Shown one piece after another: positions 1-14,500 of a stretch of 64,000 bases of DNA (position 1 is the stretch's first letter; every line of letters begins with the position of its first letter). Location: assembly GCA_002633005.1 (NCBI GenBank), contig NMRA01000362.1, forward strand, positions 62,001 to 126,000, written 5' to 3'. Under the pieces are notes generated by a model that searched no databases, was not told the DNA's origin, and saw only the letters and a list, made by a program, of their open reading frames with translations. This DNA is from Phoronis australis. Taxonomy: Eukaryota > Animalia > Phoronida. The translations under genes and the position numbers were made by a program.

Positions 1-694
1 TATTGCTACATGTATATATACGGTATATATATATATAGTGCATGTCAAATTAAGCCCGGCGACATTGGCAAATTCAAAAACATGGTCTTTGGCACTTCGA
101 CTTTTCCACTTGATATATTACACACTGTACAATGTAACAAAAAGAGATAGTGAAATGAAAATAAACTGTTTTGGCGTAAATGGTGTTGTAAATACAACCA
201 ATTTTCCGGTACTACGTTTAGGCCATCCGAATTGGAAAATCTGTAGAAAATGAATGAATTATGTTGATGAAGTGGAAGACCAGCACTTAAATACAGGAGT
301 TTTCCTTAGATACTTCATCAAAATCACATCCTGGTTTTATTTTTAAAAATATATACAGGCAAATAATTATAATATATTTTTAGCTTAGTTGTAGAATTTT
401 TGGAGGTCCACCTGAACAATATGGGTGCGAAAGTTCAATGTCATTGGATCTTTACAAACGACAAACATATGCTTAGAGGTACGTGGTTGTAGTTTAGGAA
501 ATGCACCTACAATGTATATTTCGCGAGTGTACTTGATGGGTAAAGCCCAGTCTGCGTTTGAACCTGGAGAAAGACTATCTTTAAAACCAGACATGGGCGT
601 TGGTTTAAAAGAAACATCAGTAGACTTACGAAAAGTGTTTGTTGTGTACTCTTTTCACTCCGGATTAGGCATTACGACGGACACAAACCTTGTG

Positions 695-1800
695 TAGACA
701 AGGACACCGCGGTGAAATGCGCCCCCAGCTCTGAAAACGGTGCTTATCAGTATTATAAAAATGGCCACTAGATGGCACAGTACTGAGCCCAATCAAAAAT
801 TGCGAAGGCGTCCTCGCCTCTCAAACTTGTTCTCCAAGTTTCATGAAACTGCGTAAAAGAACTCCAAAGATACAAAGGCATACGCAAAAATGCCATAAGA
901 AACAAAACAAATAGTTGAATCCGTCTATTTGTTTTGAAGCTAGTAAGAATACAATTAGAAATTTTAAAAACATCTAAGGAGGGTTTAAGAGTTTCAGTCG
1001 TAGATGCGAAATATGTCATGTCCACAGAAAATCCATGTCAGTCGTGCTGTTGCCAATACGAAAACGTCTTCCAATTTCATAACAACCCTCTGCGCGGTTT
1101 AGGAGCGGAAGCAGACGACAAAAAGTGATTAAAAAATAATTAAAATGGCCTCTAGTTGGGGCAGAATACGCCTAATCCATTACAAAATGGAGAGGTGTTG
1201 ACATCTTCATAACAGAAACTTGGTTGGCAAATTTCATGAAAAAACATATAGGAAAGTTAACGTAAAACAATAAAATTGTCACTCACTAGGGGGCACGGCT
1301 GTAGTTGGGTTGATCTGGAACTCGTCGTCATCTGTTGTAATCTCCATAGAAACACGTCTGCAAAATTTCACCAAGGTCTTGCGAATGGTAAAGGGGATTC
1401 AGCCGTGGACACAAAAAAAATGTCACTAGGGGTTGCCAGATTAGTCGAACATGTCCTAAAATCAAACTTGGGCCTCCGTCTTCTCAGAAGGAACACATCT
1501 CCCAAGTTTAATAACTTGTCTTCAAGGCAGCAACTTGGTGGACGGAGGGGGTGACGTCAAAAAACTACGATTTTTTTTAAATGGGTATGGAGTGGCGTAG
1601 AATACGTCAAATCCGTCCGAAAATGAGAAAAAGGCGTCATCTCCTTAATAAAACATACACGTCGGACAAACCGGAAGGTGCCATCGCTTCTTTAATACAA
1701 AAGCTTTCTAATTAATTTTCATACATTTCGGTGGAGGAACTTCAAAGATACAGAGGACAACGGAAAAAATAAAATTGCCACAAGAGGGGCACAGCGGTAG
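695..1800. repeat. Degenerate array of related units, probably an old non-autonomous transposon remnant
   Basis: Units like atggccactag...caagtttcatga recur near 761, 1143, 1285 and 1423. No coding signal. Confidence 0.35.
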
Positions 1801-2105
1801 TTGTCCGTTGCCCACTTCATGTAAATCATACATGTACATGTACCACTGTAGTGGGGCGCAAGCGCACGTAGGCGCAGCCAACCATCTTGTGGCATTTGAA
1901 CGTAGCGCCTACGCACCGTAACTTACGTTCAGTGCTTGAGGTGATACGTTGCCGGGCTTTGGGCGTCTACTTACCTCTAGTTTTACCACTGCAGCACTGT
2001 TAAATACATTTGCCAAATTTAAGATCTTGTAGAGGGTTTAGGAGATGCTACCGTACGGGCAGGAATGACATGCGCCCACATATATAAATTTGCGCGCACT
2101 ACAAT

Positions 2106-2252
2106 CATGGCGGATTTAAGATATCACAATGGGGAGGGCAACATTCTGTCCGGGGTTAATTAATAAACATTTCCCTACGCTCTTACTGTTTTATTTTTGC
2201 AGCAGCCAAGAGGGTGCCCGGGCCCCCTGACCCCACCCTGAATCCGCCTATG
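2106..2252. mobile_element. Short MITE-like element with GC-rich termini
   Basis: Termini catggcggatt / aatccgcctatg are inverted. The same terminus recurs at 24907-24918 and 38240. Confidence 0.5.
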
Positions 2253-5200
2253 CACTAGTACATGTTTCAAATTTCTGGCGATGCGTACAATTCCAGACCA
2301 CCTCACTGGTTACCCTCCGCCGACATGCTGTGCGTGACTGAACTTGGAATCACATGCAGTGCTTAATAACAAGATCACGTACATGTATATGCGTGAACTT
2401 AGAATACACGAGGAAACTTGATTAGTTCACTCAAATAATCACGTTTACGTTGATAAAAATTTGCACAGCACTAAATCAAATTACATATGTTAATAAAATA
2501 ATGTTACACTCAACAATCAACTTTTTTCAACTATTGGCGACCTTATTCACCAAACAATAATCGATTTAACCATTCACATCCGTTACACACTAGTAATGGT
2601 ATTAGACCGAGAAAAAGGTTGTCGTGAGGCCAAACAATCACAAAAATGTTTTACAATGATCAAACAATTCACCAGACTGCTTAGTTTTCAAAGTGCACCC
2701 AAGGGCTATACGTACGGCGCTATCTTGAGTTTAACAGGATTCCAAGTTAACGCACAGCAGAAAGATGTCCAGCCAGATAGGCGCACTGGTGCCCATCGCA
2801 TAGAATTCTGGTAGTTTCACAGATCTTCCGGGCCAGCTTATGTCACGGCAGTCCTTACGCTGGTTCCCCGCTGCATCTGTTGATGCAGAACGGGTACCAC
2901 TTTGTCAGGAATATTCCTGCCCCTCGCATATGGCCCATGCAGAACTAGAATTTCACGCTCCCAAACAAGTGGTTAGAAAAAACCACGACTGACCGTAGTC
3001 AAACAGTCAGTAAAATGTCCTTTTTTATTGAGAACATAGACCCCTCTTCGTAAATCAAACACATAATTGTATAACAATCGTAATCAAACCGGCAGTCGTG
3101 AACTTCGGGATTGAGGTCACCCGTGGCTTAGTTATTCATACATGTACATGAACCAGCTGGCCAACTCCCTGTTCATTGAAGTCTACTAGGCGTCTCTAGC
3201 AAATAAAGGTCTTCGCTCCCTGGATTTGTGTATTCTGCCCGGCGAACAGCGAAACAAAAAGTACACTTGCAGCCCGGCCAGCCAATCTCGGTGAGTAAAG
3301 AACGCGTAACTGCCGACAGACAGTGGAATAATGACAATGAGACTGGTTGAGTGTCATTGGATTGTGCATACATGTAGGTGTGTTTCACTGCATGGCAGTA
3401 CTTATCGTTTAGTGTATAATTGTTCATGCCATCGAATTATGAGGAAATTAATTTGACAGTTGGTGTACCCTAGCAGAGCCGAGATTAAAAAGGTTTCATT
3501 TCTTTCTGTGATTAGTCCCACAACGCCTATCAAACTGCTGGCATTGCTCAGTTCATTTTGAAATCCATTATCTAAGACCACTAGACAGATGAGTGTGACC
3601 TACATTTTCGTTCACGACGAAGTGTCGCTCACTTGTGTGCACATAACTTGTTTATGCACAACCCGATCAAGGGGCGCGTTGCACAGACACTCGCAAGTAC
3701 AACTGCAATCACTCGCTCCGCTTGAAATACGTGGCGCTATATCTAGCGAAGATTTGTGTGATTTCGCTTTCCTCACGAGAAACGTGTTGAAGGGAACGCA
3801 ATGGCCAAGCATACATGCACGTATATGGATGTACGCGTGGCTGTATGGCTGTGAATGCGCTTGACGCAAATTTCATGCAGGTGTCTATATGCGTATATGT
3901 CAAAGGATTGTCTCACCACAAGTGCAAATGGACCAAATGATTAAAACATGCTTAAAACAATAAGCATTAACAGTTATGAACTTTGATTGGAGTGTTCGAC
4001 ATCGCACTGACAAGGGTAGAGGGCTTTGCAACCATTATTATTTCCTTTAACCACATATTTTACATATATAGCAACAATTTCTTGATTATTTCTAGAATAT
4101 TAATTAAAATAATTATTTTACCTGCAGCTACCCGGAGATCGTTGGTTAGATATTGATTGACGGAAGTCAGGGGCGTCAGGTCTCAGCGTTCAGACGATTT
4201 GACCGATTTTTTATTTCCACCGCAGAGTACAGCTAAAAATTGACGTCAACTTGTTCCTTACGCTGGTTAGACGTGATTTTAGGACGGACGTCTCAAAGAA
4301 ATGCAAATTTCCTGCGTTTATGTAACGTAAATGGTAAACATTTGCCTGCACGCGGTTTTAGGTGTGCGACTTAATTTGTGTTACTATTATAAATTTGTTA
4401 TTCAGTTCTTCATGGTGTGTTGGGAGGCGCTACTGACCTGCAGTGGTTACTGTACCTAAGTCCCGGATGTATTCTAGTCCGTCTACATGTAACCAACTCC
4501 GCTTTAGAATATTATGCAGCTACATCTAGATCAGGGAGGCCAATTCTTCTTTTGTATAGTGCTTGACTGCCGGCATCTGCCAAATGCACGCAGGTTTCGC
4601 AGTTCTGGGTCGAATTCGGTACCAGATCAAGAGACCTGTCTATCTTTAATAACCTACCTGACTTGACCTTAACGTTGACATCAAATTTCGGGCAACCGAT
4701 CCCCTATGAGATTCAGAGTGTTCCAAAGTATCTGTTAGCCAACTTTGCTGCTGATGTAAATGTTTTGGGAGTTTTGGTTGCTAAGAGACCGGACTATACG
4801 CCCATATATTTGGGCCTAGCGGTCTCCCGTTTTGGCCAAGGATGTGCAGTGTAGTAAACTACTGTAATAGCGGCACTATTTCAAACAGACATGAGCAGCG
4901 CTTGAAAGAAATGAAAACTATTCTGTACAATGTTTTTGTTCTTTTGTGAAAAACTATTTTTATTCTCAGGGAACAGAAATTTCCAATCCCAATATTGAGT
5001 CCAGAAAGTTATTTTGTAAATGTGCACCACTTCGTATAATTTAATAACAGCCAAGTAACCTTCTATTTGCCTTTTAACGCATTCAGGTATTACGAGAAGC
5101 ACTTTGATTTGAGCTCAATGTCTACGTATTATGTCTAGCAATCAGAGCATGAGTCTCAATGAAATACATGTACATGTATGAAACAGCATCTGATGCATGA

Positions 5201-5510
5201 TTATCTGGTAGTTCGACATTTTAGTTGCATATGCATATCCGACTGTAAATCGCAAAAAAATATTCTTTCCTGTACGTGGTACGATACTTTAAATACTTGA
5301 ATGTTAACACACATGTACATCGAGATGTAGGTTGAGCAGCACCACCGCGGTGACCACGCTCGGACAGTGAAACGGATTCCTGACCTGCGGTATCATGTCG
5401 TCGGCAGGGATGAGATTACGAGACCTCTATAAATTAGGGTACCTGTATCTCTACCCTAAATTACACGTTTTTTTGAAATTGAACAACTGATTTCAGGACT
5501 ACCAGGAACG

Positions 5511-8500
5511 ATGTACCGACATCCAGTCGTGCGCCCGCCGAGCTCAGATGAGATCAGTCAAATTTCTGAGAAATGGAACATGAAACTAACTGACGAGGAA
5601 GTGACAGCAGTCAGAGGTAATCCACTAGCTTGCAGCCTTTGTTAAACTTACCAATTCTTTAAAAACGAAGAAAATCTCCGACGTTAAAAGTTGCTTTAAG
5701 AGGGCTAGGTAAAACCAACAGCATGCAAGACACCCGTGCAGTGCATATACATGTAGGTACAATAACGATATAATACAAACTTCTATAAAGTAAAACGACG
5801 AGTGTCGGTTTTAAAATATATTAAAACGTTTCCCACGTTTCGAGCAGTACGCTGTTTAATAAACGCCTATGACACAGACTGACGATTACACAGATATATT
5901 CTTAATACAGCAAAGGAACTCAGATGACCACAATAGGAACAATGTGGGTCACAACTAACACTGGCGTGGGTATTGAATCTATTCGACAGTCTGTATCATG
6001 CACTTGATAAAAAGGGCACCGCTCGAGACGTGGGTGATGTATTATTAATAATATGTTTTAGTACCGATGCTCGTCGTTTTACTTTGTATTATTCTACTCG
6101 TGTTAACCCGCGGTAACTGCACTGCATTCCGACACCTACATGTATTTTATTTATTTTGCAAATACAAACTGGTTAAAACGATACATGCACGTCAAACAGG
6201 CTTGGCAGGCTGTCGCAGATCGTTCACTCTCTTGACTGTGTTACGTAGCCTACTGAATGCGCCGTACGTACCCCGATGAGACTGTACCGTATTTCTCGTG
6301 TGCAGAGACTTCTACGTACATTTGTACTGCTTCTCCGACCAACTCTACTAAATTTAGTACCATTTCACCTATTTCGACTTGTCCGCCGTACCGTAGTTCT
6401 CAAGTATAAGTCCGCCAATAATGTACCGGGGCTTTCAGTTGGTCACAGTCGTGTTGCGGATGGATATACGAATACTTTTAGTGCTCCGTAGTGTTCATCA
6501 GAATTCTGAAGAATATTTTGCGAATCATGCAGCAACTGGGCGTCAACTGGACGTATGTGGTACGGAAAGGATGGCCATCGGCCCAGACGTCGGATGCTCT
6601 TCGTAATGAAGTGATGCATCATAGTAAGACGGGCTTGGGAGACGTTGCATTCATTAGTTTGGCAAGTTTAAAACATGGACTGACTGAATTTATGTTGCAC
6701 AGCAATTGTTTGACAGAAAAACAAGAAAATAATAACCCAAGCACAATTATATAAAACGTAGCAAACAATAAATATGATAAGTGTCTTATGTTAACCTAGC
6801 TTCAATGGTTTTAGACCAGTCATTAAAATGGATTCGTCACCGACATTTTGATGAAAAAGTTCATCTTGACTCGTTCCTTCGCTATTGATAATATTCGCAA
6901 ACATGAGGTTAATAATTTGCAAATAGTCATGAGCTCATTATTATTTGAAAGTGAAAATATTGTCATATGTCATTGACGTTAAGTACGCGAAATTACAGCT
7001 GCATGTAGTTCCATATGCTTTCGTTCATGTTTTAGGGTGAAACTCTGTTTTCGTTTGTTTTTGTTGTTACTTTATACGGCGCATTACTGTTCCTTGTGAT
7101 ACATAGTGAAAGATTCGATCGAATAGGGATGATTCACCCTCCCTAACTTAATTACACTGTAGTTGCTTTTTAAAGTTTGGGATTGACCTGCGGTTATTCC
7201 AAACGGTTATTTAAAACAAATTCATGTGGAAGTATTTGTTGATATGTTATTGTGCAATGTGTTTGTGTATAGTCAGCCTCTTCTGAAATTTTCAGATAAG
7301 ATTATTGAGGCGACAAAATCCTATCACCGTTTATTGGAAATTCCGGAGCCGACACTTCCAGTAAAGTATCCCAGAACTCCCGGACATAAACCAACAATTG
7401 AAGAGAACCCCCTTAACGCCTGGTGAGAGGTCATCATGATGACAGTAAACTTCAGATCCTTGTTTTGGAGTAAATCGGTATTGTCTGACGTAATATTTCA
7501 GTTTCTGCTCATCTAGTCAACAAACATCTTTTCTGTACATGTACCTCTAAATGAGGCTGTGACCTCATTCTTTCGCTGTAACAGGACTGCTCTGGGAAAT
7601 GTCTTCGAATAACTGTTCACACTGTAATTAGCCGTGAATGAGAGAGATTACTAGATGAGATCCAAACGCGTAACAACAACGAGACATTTCTGTCAGACTT
7701 CTTTCTCTTTTATCCACAACGAGTCTTATTTCTTTTCACAACGAGTGATGAAAGAAAAACTGCCAGGGTCTAATCTTACACGGTATTTATGTATGGCCTT
7801 TTTGACAACTGTGAGTATTTCGCCAAACGTCTACCACACTAGATTCTAACTCAGTGAATGTACATATTTTCTGAAAGTAGAAAGCCTGCAGGATTCTCTT
7901 TTTTGATTTTTTCATGATTTTTTATTAACTGTGTCAAGTAAACAAGTCTATTTAGTAAACTTCAGTAGAAAAGAGGTATAATGAAAACAAAACAACGATA
8001 TCAATAACTTGTCAAATTTCACTAGGGTGAGTTCTTAAAAACGCTGTTGTAGTTTTCTCTGTAACTTGTCGTTTCGTTTTCGTTTAATTATTGTAAAAGT
8101 CGTTATTTTATAGGCCCTCGTGTAAAAGTGGAACAGTTTGAAATAAATTTCTATAGTGAATACATCGCAGTGTCTGAAATTTCCATACGAATCCAACCAG
8201 CTGTTTTCAAGATAAGATGCTCCGAGGTTACTTATAGCCATATTTGGACCATTTTCCTGGGTTCTACATGTACACAACCTTGACATTGAGCCCGGACTCA
8301 AGAATTCTTTTGTTATACAATAAACTCAAGTGCTTGTGTGTATGTTACTGTAATTTAAAGGCGCCAACAACTCGTTTCTTGAAGCTAAATTGTGAGGAAC
8401 ATACGCAGTAGTTATGTGCCCCCAGGTATTGGAAAACCGACATCCAAGGCGCATGTGGAGGAAAACTCCATGGTCGGACTGTTGCTCTCAAAGACAACGT

Positions 8501-11500
8501 CGCTTTGGCAGGAGTGCCCTTGATGGAGGGCAGTAAAGTCATGGACGGGTTTGTGCCGGATATCGATGCCACCATAGTTACTCGGATGCTGGATGAAGGT
8601 AAGTGAAAGAAGCATTCAGTGCAGGCACACATGGTTATGGTCTGATATAACGTGCCCGAATTTTGAGAACCAGATTTCCCTACTAAATAACGGGCATCAA
8701 ACTGTTTCTCAAAATGCGAGCACGTTATATCACAACCATTGCCGGCACATACAGGTGTATATAATGCTTCATCAACACTGTGCTTTATACCGTGGGACTG
8801 TTTCATAAAAGATGCTGGATGAAGGTAAGTGGAAAAACCAGTTTTCCCCACAAAATAACGGGCATCAAACTGGTTCTCAAAATGCGGCCACGTTATGCCA
8901 GACTATTGCCGATACATATATACTGGGTCATCAACATTGTGCCTGATACCATGGGTCTGTTTCATGAAAAGCTGCTGGATACTGAAGACAGAAATTTGGT
9001 CTTACTCTCCACCCAACCATTTCTGAAAACATAATTCAATCTCACTCGAGCACAAGTGCCGCAGCCTCTGAGGATACACCCACAAGCTAGTTAATGACAT
9101 ACTTTCTATGCATGTAAATTACTGCTAGACTGTGATGCTCTTATGAGCACTTGGCTGAACTTTTATTCATCATTTGTGAACTAAGAGCGTAAGAGCATAT
9201 TTCTGTCTCAAGTCTTATGTCACTGAAACCGACCCCGTGTGTTTGTTCTTGCAAATTTTCCCTAACCTTGTTGTAATTTCAGGTGCAAACATTACCGGCA
9301 AGTCTGTCTGCGAGAATCTGTGTTTCTGTGGAAATAGCTTCACTCCACTGACCGGTCCTGTTCTTAATCCTGCCAACAAGGAATACTCGGCTGGGGGTTC
9401 CAGTGGTGGTTCAGCGGCTCTGGTTAGTAAACAACTTGCCTGATGTCTTACAGAGAACTGTTTTTGTAAACTATATTAAAGATGTATTTACATGTTCCTA
9501 ATTATGGTCATGTATAGGAGGACATAAACGACAATGGCACTGGAACATCAACCACTCTAAACAAAGTGCAGTTGTATTCCTTGACAACTTGTAAATGTGA
9601 CCACAAAAACTGCAAATGGGTGACCTTTGCACTAATGATGCACGTGTACATCGCGAGCTCACATAGCCCTCATTATGCAATGCAATTCCCAATACTGCGT
9701 CACGATACTTACTGGACATAGTTGATTGATATACCGCGGATCTTCGACACATAACTCGTTTTAAAAGCATTTCGAATTTTTCAACGTTCTACACATCGTC
9801 GCTATATCTTTTGCTTCTAATTCATTTGACCAAGGCATCACAAAGATAAGGTTTTACTTTAACTTTTGCTTCTCTTCAAAACCATGTTGATGGTCTATGT
9901 ACCATGAACGATAACACATGGTGAAATAATGTCATTTATAATGTTAAACTACAAGTGTATAAAATAGGCATGGTTACGATAATGTAAAAGTAACAATAAC
10001 TGGTAACGTGGGCAATAAAAAGGCGCCGAAAGAGATGTTAAAGACAATGTAGGATTATAGCATTTGATGTATGAAGGCAATGGGAGCTACAAGTTACTGT
10101 GCAACATGAGTGAGAGCAGTGGTATGAACTCCAGTTGACGTACCGACCGCAGAAACAGCACGAATCGGAAGTAATTGGAGCACTGCTGAATATTTCGACT
10201 GTTGCCAGAAGGACAGCAGCAACAGTAGCAGCCCTATAGGATCAACTGTTGTCTGTAACAACATAGGTCATGGCAGCAGTTAAAGCAACAATAAAAGGCT
10301 AGGATTTCAGCCTGTACCTGCGGTGGCTGCAGCGGATTATCCATTAAACCAAACAAGCATCTGGGACCTGGCCCAAGATAGGGGCGCATCTGGTCGTCAC
10401 GGGTTACTTCAAAACTTGTGGCCGTCAAGAGGAATCCACAAAGCACGGGGCCTCGAACGAATTATTGGCTTCCTCTCGCAGTCACAGGGGCCCTCAGAAG
10501 TCAGGGCGACCGGGGAGGGTTGGGGGGAAGCTAGAAAATTTTGTCGAAAGGGGGAATTGTAGTGACTAGGGTTCCCAGGCTTTTATAGCTTGGAGCCCCA
10601 TGAAACCTTAATTTGAAAGATTTTTGTTGTATCAGGTGGCCGCAGGATACGTTGACATGGCTATCGGGTGTGATCAGGGTGGATCCATACGGCTGCCGTC
10701 GTGTTGGTGCGGAATTGTGGGTCTCAAGCCAACACATAGCCTCGTTCCGTACACTGGCATCAAGTCGCTGAATCCTGCAGTTGATCACACTGGCCCTATG
10801 ACGAGGAATGTGGACGATTGCGCCCTATTGTTGGAGGTGTGAAATGTTTCCGTTTATCTGTTGATAGTGACGTGGATGAATAAATACACAATGCAGTATT
10901 GTAGTAGAAGTAAACTGACTTGAAACCACATCCTTATGATGGTCAGTACACATTCTAATTTGTTACACACTATATACACGCAATGTACGCTTTGACTTGG
11001 CAAGAGCTTCAAAATGGTTCGCTGTTAGTAGTGAGACTGGAAGTGAGCACACCTATTGGTTGATTTTGAAAACGATTTTTATCTGCCATTTTTGTGCGTA
11101 CAGGTGATTGCCGGACCTGATGGACTGGATCATCGCCAGATGCCATATATGAAAGTTCCCGAATATTCAAAACTGGTAAGAATTCGACGATGCCGCTTTA
11201 TCGGCGTTGTTTCTTATGATGTACCAGTATCTAGTTTGACTACAGGGCCTTTCAGAATATGGCAGGATTTGAAAGAAGCTTAATATACAACTTCAACGTG
11301 ATATTGTTTCGTTCACAGCAGACAGTGCAAGTATGATTTTTTACATGTACACCTATTGTTTAGATATTGGTTGTAATTTATATAGTTCGCTGGTTCCAAT
11401 GATGACTTCCGGCCTATAGACCTTAGATGTCTTAGCTGGTTGATCTAAAGGAACTGGGTAAGTCAATTAGGTGCAGTAACTGTGTTGCCGATGTGCACGT

Positions 11501-14500
11501 ACTTGTGGTTCTGCTGAGAAGTTTTGAAGTAGTCCTTCATAATTTTGCTACTACCCAGATTAAGGAGCCACTGAGTGACCTCAAAGTTGCCATGTTGACG
11601 GAAGGGTTTGAAGGTTGCAAAGATGGCGTTGATAAGCTTGTAAAGACGGTAGCTTTGAAGTTGGCAGAAACGGGAGTTGCCAAAGTTGTAGAAGACGTCT
11701 CTATACCGATGCATAACAGGGACTTTCGTAAGTGTTTACTTCGATATGTTTGAAACGTTGTTGTGCTGTGTAAGATGTGGGACTATGGGAAATGAATGAT
11801 TTTACTTCCGATGATACCCAAGGTTTAATCGGACATTGTAAGAATCTTGTCAAGAGTTTGGACGCATTATGAGACGAACACTGTGCTGCGTTCCGTAATA
11901 AGGCTATTTTCTGGCGAGATTTGCGAGATTGTCTATCTATTCCTGAGATATCCATACATACTATTGCAAACAAAGCATGTGATCTCACTAGCTTTCCCTG
12001 GCGGAGCATCTCAGTTAGGGAAGGGCATGTGAGTCAATAATAATGAAATTATTTTTTTATCACAAAAGTCTTTAAAAAGATCTTCTTTGTGATTGGTAGA
12101 ACTTGACGTGAATGATATAGTCATTGGCACATAAGCTAGACTAGCGAACTGTCTGTTCATTGTCAAAGCGAGTAATTTGTATATGAAATCTAATAGACAA
12201 ATTCACTTCATAGTTTCAGCAATGGGAGGCTCTTTGGTTTTCGAGGAAGTGTTTGAGGTCCTCGCAAATGGTAACGGTAGGTTACAAACTTCACAATATA
12301 CCTTAATCTTTGTCGAATGCACCATAGTGATCACATGTCCACTGGGTATATGGTAACGTGTAAAAGTTTAAACTCCATTTGCGCTTTCGCTACTTTTTCA
12401 GCATCCAAACAAAATGTCACTTTATTGTCAATTCACGCCGTTAGTTGGAGGTTTCCCAACCATTCATCAATACTTATCTTAGATGTTAGTTCACAGCCTA
12501 TTTGTTGATACGCAATGTTTACGTTGTATAAATACTCTTTTTCTTTTACATTGACTATCTATTAGGTTTCAGCTATGGAACCAAAGGTTACATATGGACG
12601 AAACAGAGGGAGTACGCAGCCCGTGGTATGAAGACTCGCATGGCCGATGCTTCTCTTCCTGTTAAACTCCTTACTTGCTTTGGTCAATACATGAAGGTAT
12701 TCATTGTTAGGTTAAAATATTTTGTAGTCTAGCGTGTACATTGTCCGTGCATAGTTGTTTTTATTTTTACCTGTAGCCCCTTCAACAATGTTAGATCGAC
12801 CACAAATTGAAGGTGAAGATCAGTTATCCAAAATTGTAATGCTACGAGACCGTTTAGAAAAAATAGGATTCTTTTAGGAGACATTATAATTATAAAACTA
12901 AATTTGAAAGACATGTCAAAAGCTCCATGAATTTAGAACATTTTGTTGTAGTTTGAAATAAAATTTTCGTGGAATAAAGCAAGACTCTTGAAGCTTTATT
13001 AGTTTCTCAATCCCATGCGCTCAAAATACGAACATGGAGTATTCACGAATCATACCAACATTGACTTCACGGTGTATTGTTTGGTGACCGAATAGGATTT
13101 TTATATCTTTTTAAAAGACAGGGTTCAACGTGGCAAGTAATGCCATTTTTGAAGAAAATTCTTGGCATGAGATAAACTTCTTGGTAAAAAATATGTCGAT
13201 TTTTACACTGTTTTAGTTGTCACATTACATTTTGTTTTCTTAAGTTCTTACACACTCGACTCAGTTTTTAAAGGATACTTAACCCTGCGATTTCATGAAA
13301 CGTTTGATCTGTCTCCTGGTGATTCACTATTGGTACATATACCTTCCGCGGGTGACACAATCACCATTCAAACAAGGCAATCTCCCTATGTGTCACGCAA
13401 TGGATGTATGTTTGGGAAAAGCTGACCTTCCCCTCAGCTGTTTTTTAACACGCCTATAGCTTATCACGCTCGCCCTGTTGACAAGTTTTCTAAGCAATTT
13501 TCAGATATGGTCCAAAATTTCAGGATTGACAAATTTGACAGAGAATTATTCCACTTGAAAGACATGTAAATGAACTAGTCGTACCTGCAGTTGGTATCTG
13601 TTAATAAGCCAAATCTGGGTTTAGTGTCCTATGAAAATAACGTTGCAACTTTTTGTGGATGCTGTAGAATAACTATTGAAGAAACATCTTGCTAAGCTGT
13701 ACTATATGTATCTTTCAGGACAACTATGACTCCTACTTTGTTTCCAAGGCAACAAACATCAATCGGGTGTTAACAGCTGCCTATGACCAAGTCCTCAAAA
13801 CGTACGACGTCATCGTTTTGCCGACCATTAAATTTCCCGCCCCAAAATTGCCTTCGGCTGACGTAACTCCCAAAGGTAAATGTACAGTTGAATGCCCAAA
13901 TGCACAGCAACATATTGCTATTGAGCTAATGACTAAAGTACAGTGTGTATGCCACAAGTCCACAGCTGACCGTCTCCTGTTCTATTCGGTCAAATTAAAT
14001 TGTGTCGTGGAAAACAGGCATTTCCAAAATGGAAAGTTACGAAAATATTCAGAAAGTTTTACCTCAAACAACACAATTTTCTGGTGCTTGTTTCCACTTT
14101 TGGTGTATGTGGTCACAGTGTTCTCCACAGCCTGTTTTAACTCGACGCTGTAACGAGTTTGGATTTTGCCGCGTCGAGTTTGGAAAATGCGCGTCGAGTT
14201 TGGAAAGTGCTGCGTCAGACTGACCGTCAGTCTGAATTGTACATCAGTGAGTAATGACGGCCTTCTCCCGTTCAGTGACTTTACCAGACGTAAAAGGTTG
14301 TGAGCGTGTGATAACATCTAGCTCCTTTGTTAACTGCCAAGCACAGTCTTTCGTTTGGTATGACAACAGGCAGGCCAATTATCTACCAAGCTTATTACAG
14401 ACCACATGAGAGCACACTCAAACCCAAAGCGAATTTGTACATGTACGTTCGGAAAGAATAGATTGTTGTAACTTCGGTTGTAATTGGGCGATTTTGGTTA

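Noticed and set aside
4110-4270. Possible first exon of a divergent minus-strand gene (CAG|gtaaaa at 4121)
   Set aside because: Only a donor-like motif; no downstream exon could be linked within the window.
8345-8851. 168-aa minus-strand ORF
   Set aside because: Antisense shadow of amidase exon 3 plus the intronic repeat; no recognisable motif.
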